64,000 nucleotides of DNA. It comes from the human T2T-CHM13v2.0 reference genome, Homo sapiens. Positions 1-16,710 of the stretch are shown here, one piece after another. Position numbers and translations under genes: made by a program. The stretch is taken from NCBI RefSeq assembly GCF_009914755.1, contig NC_060934.1; one strand, written 5' to 3'. Numbering within the stretch: the first letter of the stretch is position 1; each line of letters starts with the position of its first letter. Below the pieces are notes generated by a model. It ran no database searches. It saw only the letters and a list, made by a program, of their open reading frames with translations, and was not told the DNA's origin.

Positions 1-2750
1 AGCCTCTTTATTTTAAAGATGAAGAATATGAAAGATAGAGGGTTTAATAATATGAGCAAGGGACACACAGCTTGTTGGAGGCTCTGTATGATATACTGTG
101 GAGAATGTACAAGAGAAAATTAGTTAACAGGTATGTAGGTATAAAATTCACCACTTCTGTGATTAAGGTCATAAAATGATAAAGCAAACCATAGAATTGT
201 AGGGAATGAGTAAAGTGAAAAATTGTAGAACATAGTAGGACCGAGTCTTTTATATATCATTATTAAACGTGAGTTAATGGGATGGATATACTTCTTAGTT
301 CATTGTTTTCTCATTTTCCCCTATGCCATTTTTGGTATGTGATTGTCTCAAACTGACACCTCTCTTTATATTTAATTAAGTTATATTTGTATTCAGTATC
401 CTCATCGTGATCATGAAAAAATAGAGCTGCACTGGGCACTATGCCCCTAAGTATAATAACTATCCTGTATCTCTTGGTTGGATGAGACTTGGAAAATATT
501 AGCCATTGATTTTTCTATCTCCCTTTCAAAGGAATCCCCACATATTCTTGGATATGGAACATGGCAAAGCCCTATGGGAGACACATGTTTTACGTTAACC
601 TCCCCGCTCCAAAAGAAAGCAGTTGTGTTTGCCTTTCTGTCTTCCTTACCCTTCGCAGTTTCTATTAGTAAATGTTTATCGTTTTTATTCTTCTATGCTT
701 TCCTTATGCTGGCCTTCTAGCAACTGTGAGTGAGATAAAAGAACAGGAGAAAGCTCAATTAATTTATTCATGATTTATCTGCCTGACTTTGAATAAGCTC
801 ATGTATCTCATAAGAATTTCAGAGCTCCTCCAGTTTTTTAGTTAGCCTTGAGATTCTGGAACTTTAGGTAGAATTGCAGAACTCGAGAGCCATAGGTATA
901 CCAAAACTAAAGAGGGAGCGTCATCTTCCCTTCTAGTCCCTAACTGAATAAGGGATGTTGGCTGAATCATACAACACTATCAATTTGTAGACTAAAATGG
1001 CCAAAAATAGGCAATTTTGTATAATTGAGCCTATGGGCAGAGGAAAGAACATTCATTACTACCCTGTAACTAAGGTCACTCAACATGGGACTAGCAACAA
1101 GTAGACATTGGTTGCCTATAACATACGGACCTAACTACAGATATATCTAGTTCTTGGAAGCCCAATCTTTTGATAAATGTTAAATCACAAAATGAAATAA
1201 GCAAAGATGAGATCTAAGCCAGGCAATCAAGTCTCAGCTCTGGACTAATGCAACGAATGAATGAGAATGTAGCCAATAGCTGTTGCTATATGATGAGTGA
1301 GGCTGTTTAACAAATGAATGTGCAACTTTGTAATGTGTAGCCAAGATGTAGCCCCATAGAAAACTACAGTGGAGGGCTATTGAATGTGGCAGACACACAC
1401 ACTAATGCAATGAATATTTTAGGGAGCACTATTGGGTAATCTTGTAGGCTGAGAGGGCACATCATCAAGATTCATTAACACCACTCATAATCCAAGGGAA
1501 AATTTCCATGCATACATTATGGGAAAGACTATTGTTTAGGATTGCAGATACACATAGCAGGAGTTGCTTTAGATTGTTTTGGGGGCGAAAGTAATATTTT
1601 TTTCAGTATTCAAATATGTCTTACGTAGTTATTTCTGATAAGGAAGAAACATTTGTTAATCCAATAGGAAACCATACTAGCTTAGTTATAAAAATTGTAT
1701 TTTTTTCACTTACTTTTGCAATTTGATCCAATTGAAAAAGTCATGTATTGTGATTTTTATGACAGCATTCTCACATTTCTATCCTTTAAATGTGTTCATA
1801 TATTTGGGACTTAAAGTTATATGAGAAATAATTTATTTTATTTTAAATTGAAATAGTCACAGGTATACAGCACAGGTGCAGTATATCAGTGACAATCACT
1901 GATTCTCAAGGAAGTGAAGGGAGAAGGAGAGGGCAAGCAGTAAATCCTGAGGAATCTTATGTAAAAGAATTGAAGGACCAGTGAAACAAAACAAGATTTT
2001 AGTGGTAACCATGGCAACCTCCATGGATAAAGAAGAACATGACGTTTTTTGGTCATTATTATTATTGCATTTCAACATTTATTGACTGACTGCCTGGATG
2101 GGATTGGGGCTAATCAATTTTTTCCTGGGAGGAAAAGAATAAATGGAGATGAGGTTTCCCTAAAGGGAAGCCAATGCATTCTAAGAGCTATTAATGAACT
2201 TGGGACTGTCAGATGACAAAGGAACATTAAGTTCTCTCTGTTGTACAGTGGAGAGATTTTTTAAACTTAGAGATTATGTCATATAAGGGACAGTGCCCTG
2301 ACATTTGTGCCAGAGACATCTGACAGGTGAAAAAGATATATGATAAAATTAGTGATGTGGAACCAAAAAAACGCCAGAGGTTAGATTTAAGATTAATCGA
2401 GTTCTTGTTCAGAGAGAGAGCCAATAATTTTTTTTTTTTTTTTTGGTGAGCTATCTTCTTGTGGAGTCCCTGGGACAAGATTTGTCTAGTGTAGCAGCAT
2501 AATTAAAGTTCTGCCCTATCAAAGAACAAGTGTTTAGATACATTCTCTTCTGAACTAGTTTAATGCTTGTTCATACCCAGGCACAAGAACAAAACTGTTA
2601 CAAAACAAAATCACCCCAGAATAAAAGAAAATGAAAGGCTCCTCTTCCATTCTGGGATGTTGGGGGGCAGGTCTGGAAGATAAGCAGGAAGGGGAGTAAA
2701 GTCACTGTTTTTATGTCTGGCATTGGCTTGGGTTGTTTGCCAAATGGAAA

Positions 2751-2870
2751 CTGGGGGAGACCTCAGGAAGCTTCCAGTCATGGTGGAAGTTGAAGCGGGA
2801 GCAGGCAATTTGCATGGTGAAATTAGGAGCAAGAGAATTGAGAGGTGGGTGCCACACACTTTTAAATGAC
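2751..2870 (-). mobile_element. Isolated internal fragment of an MST-type (MaLR) LTR
   Basis: cctcaggaagcttccagtcatggtggaag...ccacacacttttaaatgac aligns with 3435-3553 of the nearby full LTR. Confidence 0.8.
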
Positions 2871-2909
2871 ATAGTATTAGTATTACTATCTGAATAGACC
2901 TCCTTCTCT

Positions 2910-3200
2910 TGAGCAGGATTTCTTAAATCAATCAGCTGGGAATCTGCTTAAAATGAAGATTTTTGGTTCAGTAGAATCATGTAGATTCAACAGAATTTGT
3001 TGGGACTCCAGATTTCTTATTTCTAGCAAACTCCCAGTTGATGCCCAGGATGACTGTATCTTAAATTGTAAGGCTTAATCATGGTGGCACCACAGATCAC
3101 CTGGGGTGCTTTGAAAATTCTTGCTGCCCAGCCCACGTCCCTAAACCAGTGAAAACAGCAAATCCAGAGGTATCATCTAGGGGCTGAGAACCACAGTAGC
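2910..3200. mobile_element. Degenerate MER5-like (hAT-Charlie) fragments
   Basis: aatcagctgggaatctgcttaaaatgaagatt...tttctagcaaactcccagttgatg and atcacctggggtgctttgaaaatt are MER5-like phrases. Confidence 0.5.
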
Positions 3201-3310
3201 TATAGGTCAAAGGTGAACCACAGATACATTGATTTGGCTGACAAAGGTTTCACAACTTTTCTTACACTAAAAACATGGGAAGATCTCACATAAAATCTGT
3301 ACCTTCAGGT

Positions 3311-3708
3311 TGTATTAGGCCGTTCTTGCCTTGCTCTAAAGAAATACCTGAGACTGGGTAATTTGTTAAAACAGAGGTTTAATTGGCTCACAGTTCTGCA
3401 GGCTGTGCAGGAAGCATAGTGCAAGCATTTGCTTCTGCTGAGGCCTCAGGAAGCTTCCAATCATGGTAGAAGCTGAAGCAGGAGCGGGCACTTCACATGG
3501 TAAAAGTAGGAGTAAGAGAGGGAGTGGGGAGGTGTCACACACTTTTAAATGACCAGATCTGGTAAGAACTCACTATCACATAGACAGCATCAAGCCTTGA
3601 GGGATCTTCCCCCATGATCCAGACACCTCCCACCAGGCCCCACCTCCAGCATTGGGGATTACAATTCAACATGAGATTTGGGCAGGGGCAAATATCCAAA
3701 CTATATCA
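3311..3708 (-). mobile_element. Solo MaLR LTR, MSTB-like
   Basis: Runs from tgtattaggccgttcttgc to aaactatatca with TG...CA termini. The 5-bp TSD is caggt (3306-3310) / caagt (3709-3713). Confidence 0.9.
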
Positions 3709-3785
3709 CAAGTCTTTGTTGAAGAAACAGTATTTCCACCTGGCTGCCATGTGCTGCAGCTATGGCACTCTGTGCCTTTTATTTC

Positions 3786-4102
3786 TTGTTTGTTTGTTTG
3801 TTTGTTTGTTTTAGAAACAGGGTCTTGTTCTGTCACCCAGGTTGGAGGGCAGTGGCATGATTATAGCTCCTGGCAGCTTTGAACTCCTGGCCTCAAGCAA
3901 TTTTCCCACCTCAGCCTCCCAAGTATTTAATACTATGAGGCACATGTCACCATGCCTAGCTAATTTTTTAAAAATTGTTTTTTGTAGAGATGTTATCTTG
4001 CTATGTTGGCCAGGCTGGTCTCAAACACCTGGCCTCAAGTGATCCTCCTGCCTTGGCCTCCTAGAGTGCTGGGATTACAAGAGTGAGGCACTGTGCCTGG
4101 CC
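3786..4102 (-). mobile_element. Alu, old (AluJ-like), with (GTTT)n tail
   Basis: Reverse-complement Alu from agaaacagggtcttgttctgtcacccagg to gtgcctggcc, heavily CpG-decayed. Confidence 0.93.
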
Positions 4103-4459
4103 CCGATACCTTTTAGATAGGTCATAATCTCTCCAGGTCAACCCTGCCTGGAGAGACACTTTCCCCAGTTCCTCGTTTTTCTTCATGGCAACTTTTCAGG
4201 CTCTCAGAGCCCTGGTAAGTAGATGAACTGAACTCGCCTTTTTGTTATCTATCCTCCATGTCTGTCTCCTGCACACTTGCTTTGGTGCCCTCTCCAGAGC
4301 ATCATGTCATAATGTCTCCTCTTGGATGAATGATTTGTAATGTATTCTTCCTTTAAGTTCTTGACTCACACAGGGCAAAGATACTGAATTGTTAGTTTGA
4401 GTTATGTTGCCCACTCATTCTAAGATCCCTATTGAAACACTGATATGGAAAAATACTTG

Positions 4460-4600
4460 TGTAGGAGTCAGGAGCTAGCCTGTTTCTGCTACTTACTGCT
4501 ATATTGATACTGAAGAAGTCACTTAACCTCTCTGAATCTTAGTTTTCCACATTTGTAAAATCATACAATTTGGAGATTGGACCAAATGTCTTTTGAAGAT
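4460..4600 (+). mobile_element. MIR SINE
   Basis: MIR core aagtcacttaacctctctgaatcttagttttccacatttgtaaaat. Confidence 0.75.
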
Positions 4601-4624
4601 GCGAAGACAGCATCAGCCACCATT

Positions 4625-4740
4625 ACTCATTCACTTCACAAGCTCTATTTATAGAGTGTTTGCTTACTCTGTGCCAGGCACCCTTGAGTGGAGAAGAGAT
4701 AATGAAAAGGCAAGTTCAGTTCATCTACTTACCAGGGCTC
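4625..4740 (-). mobile_element. L2 3' end fragment
   Basis: cattcacttcacaa...tgcttactctgtgccaggcac is a typical reverse L2 tail. Confidence 0.55.
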
Positions 4741-5407
4741 TGAGAGCTTTAAAAGTTGTCATGAAGGAAAGTGAGGAACTGGATCTCCACACATCTCTAT
4801 TTGCCCAAACAACCTGAGTTGTGCTTGATGTTCAGGCATGATTATTAACCACAATAGTTTCACTCCAAAGTGTTCTGGTTTGGTTAAGAGATCCAAACTC
4901 TGTAGTTAGGAAAGGATGGCACTGTGAGGTTTCTGTAAGAAAGGGGACTCCATAGGATGCCACAGCTAGGTGAGTCCTAGACGTTTAGCATGATGGGTAG
5001 TACAGAGGGGAGAAAAGCTGTGCCTGCATTGATTATTCACGTGTTTTCATGGGCCAGTTGCCGGCCCCATCCCCTCTGCTTTGCAACATCTCAGAGAAGT
5101 CCTGCTAAGCATGTCCCAACTCCAGGCAGCTCCTCCACACAGGGCAGAGTGAATTTGGCCAGACTTGGGGGACTCTTCACATACTTTGTCAGCTCCAACT
5201 TCAGCAGCCCTAACAGCACAAGTTCTAGTGATTGTTTTCTGTTTCTAGTCCTTTGTTTCTGTCCTTTTTCATCTTGAATCTTGTATGTTTCCAGGCCTCT
5301 GTCTAAGATTCTGCTGCTGAAATTCTCCTGCCTTTCCTTTTTAAGTTTCTTTTTTGTTTTTTAAATCCCTGGTGACCCAGCACTTCACGGGCCACACTCA
5401 TGCCTGC

Positions 5408-5424
5408 TGCTGCCATCTAGTGGA
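5408..5424 (-). promoter_or_regulatory. Candidate CTCF binding site
   Basis: The minus strand reads TCCACTAGATGGCAGCA, matching the CTCF core CCASYAGRKGGCRS at every position. It lies in apparently non-repetitive DNA. Confidence 0.65.
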
Positions 5425-8400
5425 GGTACCACAATGTCATGATTGCCTTTATCTGATCAAAACTGGGCTAGGTTATAATTTACTTAAAGGAATTATTCAG
5501 ACACTGCTTCTGGTTTGAGGGAGGGCGATTGAAGAGTGAAGATGTTTTTACAAAGTATACAGCACTTGATCTCCATTGAAATAGGTTTTTTTTTTTTTTC
5601 TGAAAATGGATTATAGAAGCTAACCCTAAAAACACCAATGTACCGGTTCCTTACTTATAGAAGCCAAATAATAGTGGTTTGAAGAGTGAATAACCCAAGG
5701 ATCTGAAAGAAGAAAGAATAACCATTCACACCCTGTTCAAGCAGAGTTATATTTCTCTATTCAAATCAAGTGTGTGACATCTTGCTTCTTTCCACATGAA
5801 GAAGAGATTTTCCAAAATGACACCAGGTTGATCAGCATACTCGATATGTCTGACTTCCTAGCCTGACCTGCAGTAGTTACGCAATCTCTTTCTCTTAATA
5901 ATGACTTCGAAATTTCACATTGAGAATATAAATTCCATTCTTGCACTTGCAATTGCGTATTTAAAACAACAACCTACCATCTTTCTAATAATGTTGAAGA
6001 AGAGATATTTGCTTTCTTCATATCTCTTTGTCTTCCTTGTTCCTCCTTTTTCCAAAAATAGGCATCTATCCTGTCTCCTTTTCCCTATTTCTGGTTCATT
6101 CTGATGATTTTTTTTCTCCAGATTTCTTCCTACAAAACCTTCTGTTCACCATAAAGACTCTCAGTGGTTCTCATCTACTTAAGTATTTCAAAGGGATTGA
6201 ATTTATTTTTCAATTTTTGAGAAAATTTGTTCCTTGTAATGATCTCAATATATTGGTATTCCTCAATATGAATAACAATTGCCAATTAATAATATAAACA
6301 AAGCAATATCTATATTATGATGGCTATAGCACTATTATTCCAACCTCCTGAGGGTTTATCTGGAAGGCTAAGATGAATATTTTTAGGACATAGTTCGCAG
6401 AGGTCACTGGAATATTTCATCTTCTGTGATTATTTTTTATTTAAAATATGTTGGCCAAAAGCAGATTTTAGAAATAAATGAATAGTAGTTTTACTTAGGG
6501 TAAAAATAGGGCATAAATTGAACTATGATCATCATATTAAATTATACTACCATATTATGTTTGCTACATTTGGAGCTGTGTCATGTTTAATATTCCTATG
6601 CTGCAATTGTCCTGAGACCATGCTTTCCAAAAATAATACAAAGACTCTTCTGTGCCTTTTGGACTATTATGGTACCTAAATTGAAATATCAAATTGCAGA
6701 TATTTGAGACTCTGGCATTTTATTGTTGGAAAATACCTAAGATAAAACATACTCTGCTCCCTCTTAATTTTAACATAAAAGAATCTGAAGCCCAGAAAGC
6801 AAACTGTTATCCAGGGGTCACATAGCTATCTTTAAACCAGAGTTGAGTCCAGTTCTCTTTGGACCATTCTAGAGTATCATTCATTTTATTTATATATACA
6901 TGGATATCTATATTAATGTTATATTTTTTCCACATATATTTCATAAATTTTATCTTATGAATTACAGATCTTTCAAATATGATACCTTTCTAATATTTTC
7001 TAAAGCAGTAATTTGAAAGAAAAATTCTTTCAAGAACTTTTTAGATTTTTTTTAAAAAAGGAAAGGCAACTATGGCGTTATAATCTTAATAGGTACCTGT
7101 GTTAAAATGATTTGAACTGTTGCCTAAAATTAACTGTCTTCTTGCAAGACTGCTTTGGAGGGTAGCGTTGATTATATCCATGTGATCATGTTTACAACAT
7201 ATTCCTATATAGGTACTTCTTGTCATCTTCCATGAAACATTTAAATAAGAATAACTGTGGAACAGTTACATGACCCCTACTAAGATTTGTTGTTATTAAT
7301 AGGTGATGAAAGACCCCCATGTTTCTCTAAATTGATCTATCTTAGTGTTTATATTTCAAGGGTGCTTTAAGATGACACCATATTGCTTTTTTTCCTGATG
7401 CATTAGACTAGTCACAGTAGCAAATAGATCCTTCTGGTGAAGTCAAGAATTAATTCCCTCTTTTAATACCCCAGAGAGATTATTTTCCCTGCTATTTTGT
7501 TCTCTAACAGTTCAATTCTGTATTACCATAAGGAATGCGGATATACATTTTTAAAATTATTTTCCTGATTGATTCTTTAATATTCTACTTACACTTTAAA
7601 TCTTCTGAACAGAATACAGCCCTCCCTCCTTCCTTTCCTCCCATCTTTCCTTTCTCCCTTCCTTCTTCATATACCATTTGTCCTGGCCCCTGCTACGTAT
7701 CAGGTATTTTGTTAGATGCTGTATTTCTTGAGATTTTGAAAAGATTACCTCATAGATTTGATTTTGTTTAACTCTGAGAACTATATATCAAATTCATGAT
7801 CATATTCTGAAAATTATGTGATATTTTATTTTAGTCTTTATAGTAATCTCTTAAGGAATGTGCTGAAACACAAATTATTAATGTTTCTGATCATTACCCT
7901 AATAGATTGTGCTTAATTAAATTGTTCCAGTTGTGAAGAAAGTGTGTACACAACTCGGTAATCAATGTTTTGTCTTTCATGTAACTACCACTATCTATTA
8001 AAAAATACAGCTCTGCTACTTTGTATTTTTGCATTTATACAAATGAGATCAATGTTGTCTCATAATCAAGCCAGTTGACATGGTGGGAGAGATTTTCTTC
8101 AGTTTTTTCAGTTGATAAGAGCACTCCAGCAACAATATTCCCATGCACTAACTGGAAGTCTGATTTAATAGAGGAGTTGCTGCCTCCACCCCTTTCGGAA
8201 GCCACAGCAGGGAGGCCTGGCTTGGGGTTCATTAGAGTCTGGTACGATGACAACAGACTGGGAAGCAGCTGTAAATGATCAGAATCAGGCCTTGGCTAGT
8301 TTCAGCTTCTGCCAAGCCCAGCGTGGTTCAAAAGGCTTTCTGGATTCCAAAGAAAACATGCCAGCCTTATACCTACTGATCACAGGACATAGACAGGATA

Positions 8401-8617
8401 TGTGTTTCTGGATTTGAGGTTTTAGAGGAAATGCCTGTCATTTGCATCTGTCTTCCAGCCATACATATGTCAGCAGAAAATGGACACTTTAGGTGGATGT
8501 GTTTTTCATGGCAATTCCGTAGGCTCTCAATTTTCTTTAACCTTCAAGATAAATCTGCATTTAAAATATAATGGAGAAGGGACCATCTTGTAAAGGTTTT
8601 ATAAATGAACAAAAGGC

Positions 8618-8969
<352 letters not shown>

Positions 8970-9304
8970 TTAGGGTTAGATATGTACCCAAGCACTGCAT
9001 TAGGCACCAGGGAAATGGAGATGAATACGAATGAGTCCTTTCTATAAGCAGTAGGACAATGTTTGACCCATCGTTGACTGTCTTTAATTAATTAAAAGAT
9101 AAAAGAGCATTATATACTATGGTGATAGACATGTAGACAAACAGATTGCTAGAGATAGAGAGATATCACTAAAATGGATAGGTACTAAATAGTATGCAAG
9201 GTACTCAAATTAACCTGAAAATATAGAGACCTTGCTATCCAATTAAGTAGACAAAAATAGATGCAGAATACCCTGAATTCATTTCCATTTCCAAAAGACA
9301 AAAA

Positions 9305-9343
9305 TATATGTGTGTGTCTATACACACACACACACACATATAT
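9305..9343. repeat. (TG)n/(CA)n microsatellite
   Basis: tatatgtgtgtgtctatacacacacacacacacatatata. Confidence 0.85.
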
Positions 9344-10297
9344 AGAAGTATTCATATGCATGTTTGTCATCCATGTCACCTTCTGTTGCTGGGTAGATTT
9401 TGTTTTGTTTCATAAATTCTCATTCTGAGCACGTATAAAAATACAGGTGATTTGTGCAAGGTGGACTTACAGAAAACAGGCTGGGGAGTAAAGAGGGCAA
9501 GCAGGTGGTCTGCCATATGACTTTCTTTTTTTTGATATTTCTCTTTTACCTTTGTTATTCTTACTTTTCATTTCTTCCTGTCTCACTTAATCTCAAGGTT
9601 TGTCTGGTTGGTTGGTTGGTGATTGTTTTTAAAGCTCACTTAGAATATTTGCTTCTATGTTGCTATTGCCTGCATAGTCAGGTCCTATGAATTTCAAAAT
9701 ATTGTTTATTTCCCCACAGCTATTAGCTCCAAGAATAAATTAATTTGAGGATCTAAAATTGTTTTCATCAGCAATCCAGTTGCAAAGGAAAAGCAAAGAA
9801 AACATGAAAATAGGGAGAGAGATACAAAAAGAGAAGAAGGGAGAGGCAGAGAGGGAGGGAGAGAGATGAACAGAATGAGAGAGAAAGAAGCAAAACCCAC
9901 AGCTCTACAGTACCGTGTGAGCAAACGCTGATGCTAAGTCTTCCTTGAGAAATTTTGAAATTGTGGAGACTAGTCCAGCAGCCCCTCATACACTAGCAAA
10001 GTTCCAAGGTGAGTTCTTACCTTGATCAGCAAAGACAACATGAACCATTTAGCACAAAATCACCAAAAGGCATGTGTGCTGGGTAGGATATATAGAATAT
10101 CTGCCACCTATAGAACTCCCTCCCAAGTTTTCTTTTAATACATAGGTCACCAAGCTTTGTACCATATAACCCTGTGGCTCAGGCCACAACTGGTTGATAG
10201 GGGATTCATTGGCAAGAGCCACAGGCTGAAGGCTGATCTGTGGCCTATATGGGACCTTGTTGCAAGAGCTGCATCCTTTTAGGTGCTTACTAGAGCC

Positions 10298-10438
10298 CTG
10301 CTAGTGAAAGTGTGATCCACGTACCAGCAGCATTAGTATTACCTACAAGAAGCTCCAGCTTCACCCCAGAATCAAAATTTCCATTTCACCAAAGGTTTCA
10401 GGTGATTAATATTCACATTAAATTTTGAGGAGCTGTGC
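10298..10438 (+). mobile_element. MER5A-like DNA transposon, probably inside an older MLT1-type LTR (~10030-10800)
   Basis: aaagtgtgatccacgtaccagcagcattagtattacct...caggtgattaatattcacattaaattttgagg. Confidence 0.65.
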
Positions 10439-11019
10439 ACTCTAAAACTCAATTGGATCCTCTTTTCTGAAAAGCTTAGATGTGCAGCATGAAGAATATC
10501 ATAAACACCAGGTGGTGAAGAATTAGACATGAAAAGGAAAATAGTAAAGATGCCATGAGTCACCAAAAGTCATGAGTTAATGGAATCCATGGAGTGGAAC
10601 AAATATGAGTAAAGTCCCATTAGCTGGTGGACAGAGCACAGTAAAAGTAGAGACAGAGAGAAGCTAAGGGCACATGGCCTTAAGGAGAGGGCAATGAAGA
10701 ACTTCTTTGAGAGGATGACGTCTAGAATTGATGTTGAGTTAGCTGCTTTCTAACTGCTAGAACTTCTATCGCATCTGAATAGCTTTCTGTTTTCCATGCA
10801 TCCTCGTTATGCAACTGCTAAAATTGATGCCATTGATTCTTACTGTCTTGAAAACTTGTGGCAAATTCTATTAACTGAGGTAATTTAGGAATATCACTAA
10901 TCCTGGCAATCTCAAAAAGCCTCAATGAGTTAACTCTTATTCCCTGGTCTTGTTTCTCATTCTTTTGCCAAAGTTTAGCTTCTTGGAAAGTTGAATTTTA
11001 ATATCATTTATGGCTTCAC

Positions 11020-13725
<2,706 letters not shown>

Positions 13726-13839
13726 AAAAGAGAGAGAGAGAAAGGGAGGGTGAGCTGCTCCCTGTCAGATGCAACTGCTTTGGACAATGGCATTGAGTGA
13801 AGAGAAAGTGTATCAATGGCTATACCCATGGGATTTTAA

Positions 13840-14329
13840 TTTATGGAAGTGACAAAGTGATGACATGGAGAGATCCTTGTAATTGAATAAAGAATTTATC
13901 ACTTACATTTTCCAAGAGAAAGAGGCACACCACACCATGTAGGGCCACACGGGGATGTGCCAGTTTGGTCAAGTAGCCAAAAAGATCCCAGGGAAGGGGT
14001 AGGAGTTTCCACGGGAAGGACAAGGTGGGAGAAGGCAAATGACTTTGAATTGGCTAGTTTGAATAATTCTGAGAGGCAGTCCTCAGTTGTCTGATACCTG
14101 GCCCTGTGTTGATTTAGGGCAGGAAGAATATTGGCTTGCTGGGTGAGAATTTAAGAAGATAGTTGAAGGTGTGGGCTCTGGGTTGGTTAGTTTGCAAATG
14201 AAAGGCATGTTCCCTGCTGAGGCCTTTGCTGTTTTTAATAATTGGACAGCTCTGAGAGGGGCAGTCTATCCTCAGTTGGGGGGCTACAAATGCCAGTGCA
14301 ACAAGAATACAGAAAACATAGTTAATACA
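13840..14329 (-). mobile_element. Old ERV solo LTR (LTR47-like, subfamily uncertain)
   Basis: The minus strand begins tgtattaactatgttttctgtattcttgttgcactggc. Composition and length (~490 bp) are LTR-like. Confidence 0.55.
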
Positions 14330-15924
14330 ATTGGCTTTTGATGAATAGTTTCCCAATAAACAAATATGGAACCTAAGACAACACAGAAAGAAGGACAATT
14401 TAAATGGCATAAACTAGAAGCTCCTTTTTCCTATTTTTTAGTATATTTTAATAACAATAATTTGTTAGTTTGTTTCTCTTTTTTTCTGGAAGAAACAAAA
14501 CAAAACAAAGCAAAAAAGCCTGCCCACATGTTTTTACCACATATGGAAAAATATAGCCATTTTTATATGTTCTTTTTCACATTTACAGCATGCACTACTA
14601 GTACGTACATTGACATTTGGCAGCAAAATTAGGTAAAACACTCTTTACCAGTAATGGATTTAATAGAGCCTTGACACATGTACCAAAACACATGTACCAC
14701 ATATCCTTGAATATGATAGTCAGCAATGGAGTATGCCGCAATCAAGGTTTGATTTTTATAGGAGAGCAAAGAACCTCAAATCTTTATCATTAGTCTTTAT
14801 ATACTTATTGAAAGAGTTTTTAAACTGATAATTTTTTATTGCTCAGACTAATGTGAGACTGAAATGTATTAATATCCCTCTTATTTGCTTGTGTACATTA
14901 TACATGCAATTCATTTTCATAAAATAATTATATAAAATAACCATAACTAGTTTAAGTTTTCAGATGTTACCATCTCTCATGTTTTATTTTTAGACAAGGG
15001 CATAAATTCTACTTTCAGGTATTTGTAAAACCAACAAATAAAAAAAACAAAAAACACAACTTCAGAGATTTTAGAGTGAAAGCTTAGGGAGTTAAAGCAC
15101 ACAAAAAAGTTGAGCGGCATAGTCCAACAGATGTTTAAACAGATGAATGAAATGTGCCTTGTGAATTCCTAATGAATTTCAAAGAATACTGCCTGGTACT
15201 GACAAATGCAGCAGATCACCCAAGTGGCAATAGTCGCTGGAAAATGGCTGGGGAAGAAAAGGTCTACCAGGGGCAGAGCTCAAGTCATTTGTACCTTAGG
15301 GTGTCTGCTTATAGTTTTACGTCTATATTTCTAACACTCATTTAAGACAATGAGGGTTGTACCCAGCAAACATACAGATTGTTCTTTACACTTGTGTCAT
15401 CACATCTTCTAGGTCTACTTCCCCTATTTCTAACTTCTTTCTCCTCCACTGGATGTTTTAACTACGTCCCTTCATCACATTTATCAAAGGATGCACAATA
15501 TCTTGCTGGGAGCATGACCACTCTTTCTAGGTCTGAATAGATAGAATAACCACCACCTCAGAAAATAGACTGTACAGCTTAAGACAGATGTTGAGGCATG
15601 AAGAAGATAAATCCTCCTCTTTACAGTATGGACATTTTCTAAAAATAAAAATAGCCAAGTGAATCTTGGGACATTATGAGCTAAGAGAACATAGCACGCA
15701 GTGGATTCTTGATGCATGTCTTCTGAAAAAGAGCTACATAGAAAAAAGTTATTAAAATGGTTGGGGAGGGAGTCTGAAATTAGATGGATCCCTGGTTCTA
15801 GAGCCACAATTTTTTTTCTATTAATCTGAGAACAGGGTAAAATAAATGGGAATGTGTTGCTTAATGGATACTATGATTGAGTAGACTGGTTAAACTTATT
15901 AAGAGGGTTAAGAAATGAGACTCT

Positions 15925-16115
15925 TCACGTAGAAGAAAAGAGTATGAGCTTTAAAATCAGATGAAACATGCTGTGCATCCTGGTTGCCCCATGTTGTAGC
16001 TTGGGTGCTTCTAGTACCCTCTTGGAGCCTTGGGATTCTCCTATATAAAAGGATTTGGTTGTAATGATTAAAGATCACAGATGGAAAGTCCAATATATGG
16101 CTGGCATTCAATATG
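15925..16115 (+). mobile_element. MIR SINE
   Basis: gtagaagaaaagagtatgagctttaaaatcagat...ccttgggattctcctatataaaagg. Confidence 0.6.
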
Positions 16116-16529
16116 AGAATCTGGGAAATAAAACCACATGAAAGGAATAATGAATGATGAAAATCACAGTGTTCCCCTGCCAGGCCTTTGGCTTTTAAAT
16201 AATGACTCAATCCGAAGGACCGATTTTGTAAAATACTAGACACCAGCAATAGGGGCCTTTTAGTGATCTACACGTCCCACCGTGTGGGTGGTGAGCATAT
16301 TATGTGTTCACATAGAACTATGTGAATGTAGACTTAATCCTAGTGACAATTGTGTGGGAGCTATAAATAAAACAATGTTTTAAATTAATAACATTTAGTA
16401 TATAACTTGGAACAGAATATGCAGACACAATGCCTAACAGTCTAATACATAAATCTCTCATAATAGACTGATGGTATTAACCATACTTAGTCTCTATATT
16501 GCTTTATCATTTGGAAGTCTCATCCATCA

Positions 16530-16710
16530 TTTCTCTCCATCATCATGCACTTCAAAACAGGTATTAAAACCTTTACTTTATAGGTAAGAAAACTGAGTTC
16601 AAATTTAAGGGACTTTCCTAGGTGCCCCTGCCATTACCTGGCTGAGCTGTAACTCAAAGCCTGGTTTTCTGACACCAAGTCCAGAATGCTTTTCCCCAGT
16701 GCATTGCAAC
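16530..16710 (-). mobile_element. MIR SINE
   Basis: tttataggtaagaaaactgagttc...tctgacaccaagtccagaatgctttt. Confidence 0.65.

Noticed and set aside
7204-7213. Perfect CArG box CCTATATAGG (also CCATTTTTGG at 326-335)
   Set aside because: Attractive for a smooth-muscle gene, but isolated 10-mers like these are expected by chance in 64 kb of AT-rich DNA and have no supporting cluster.
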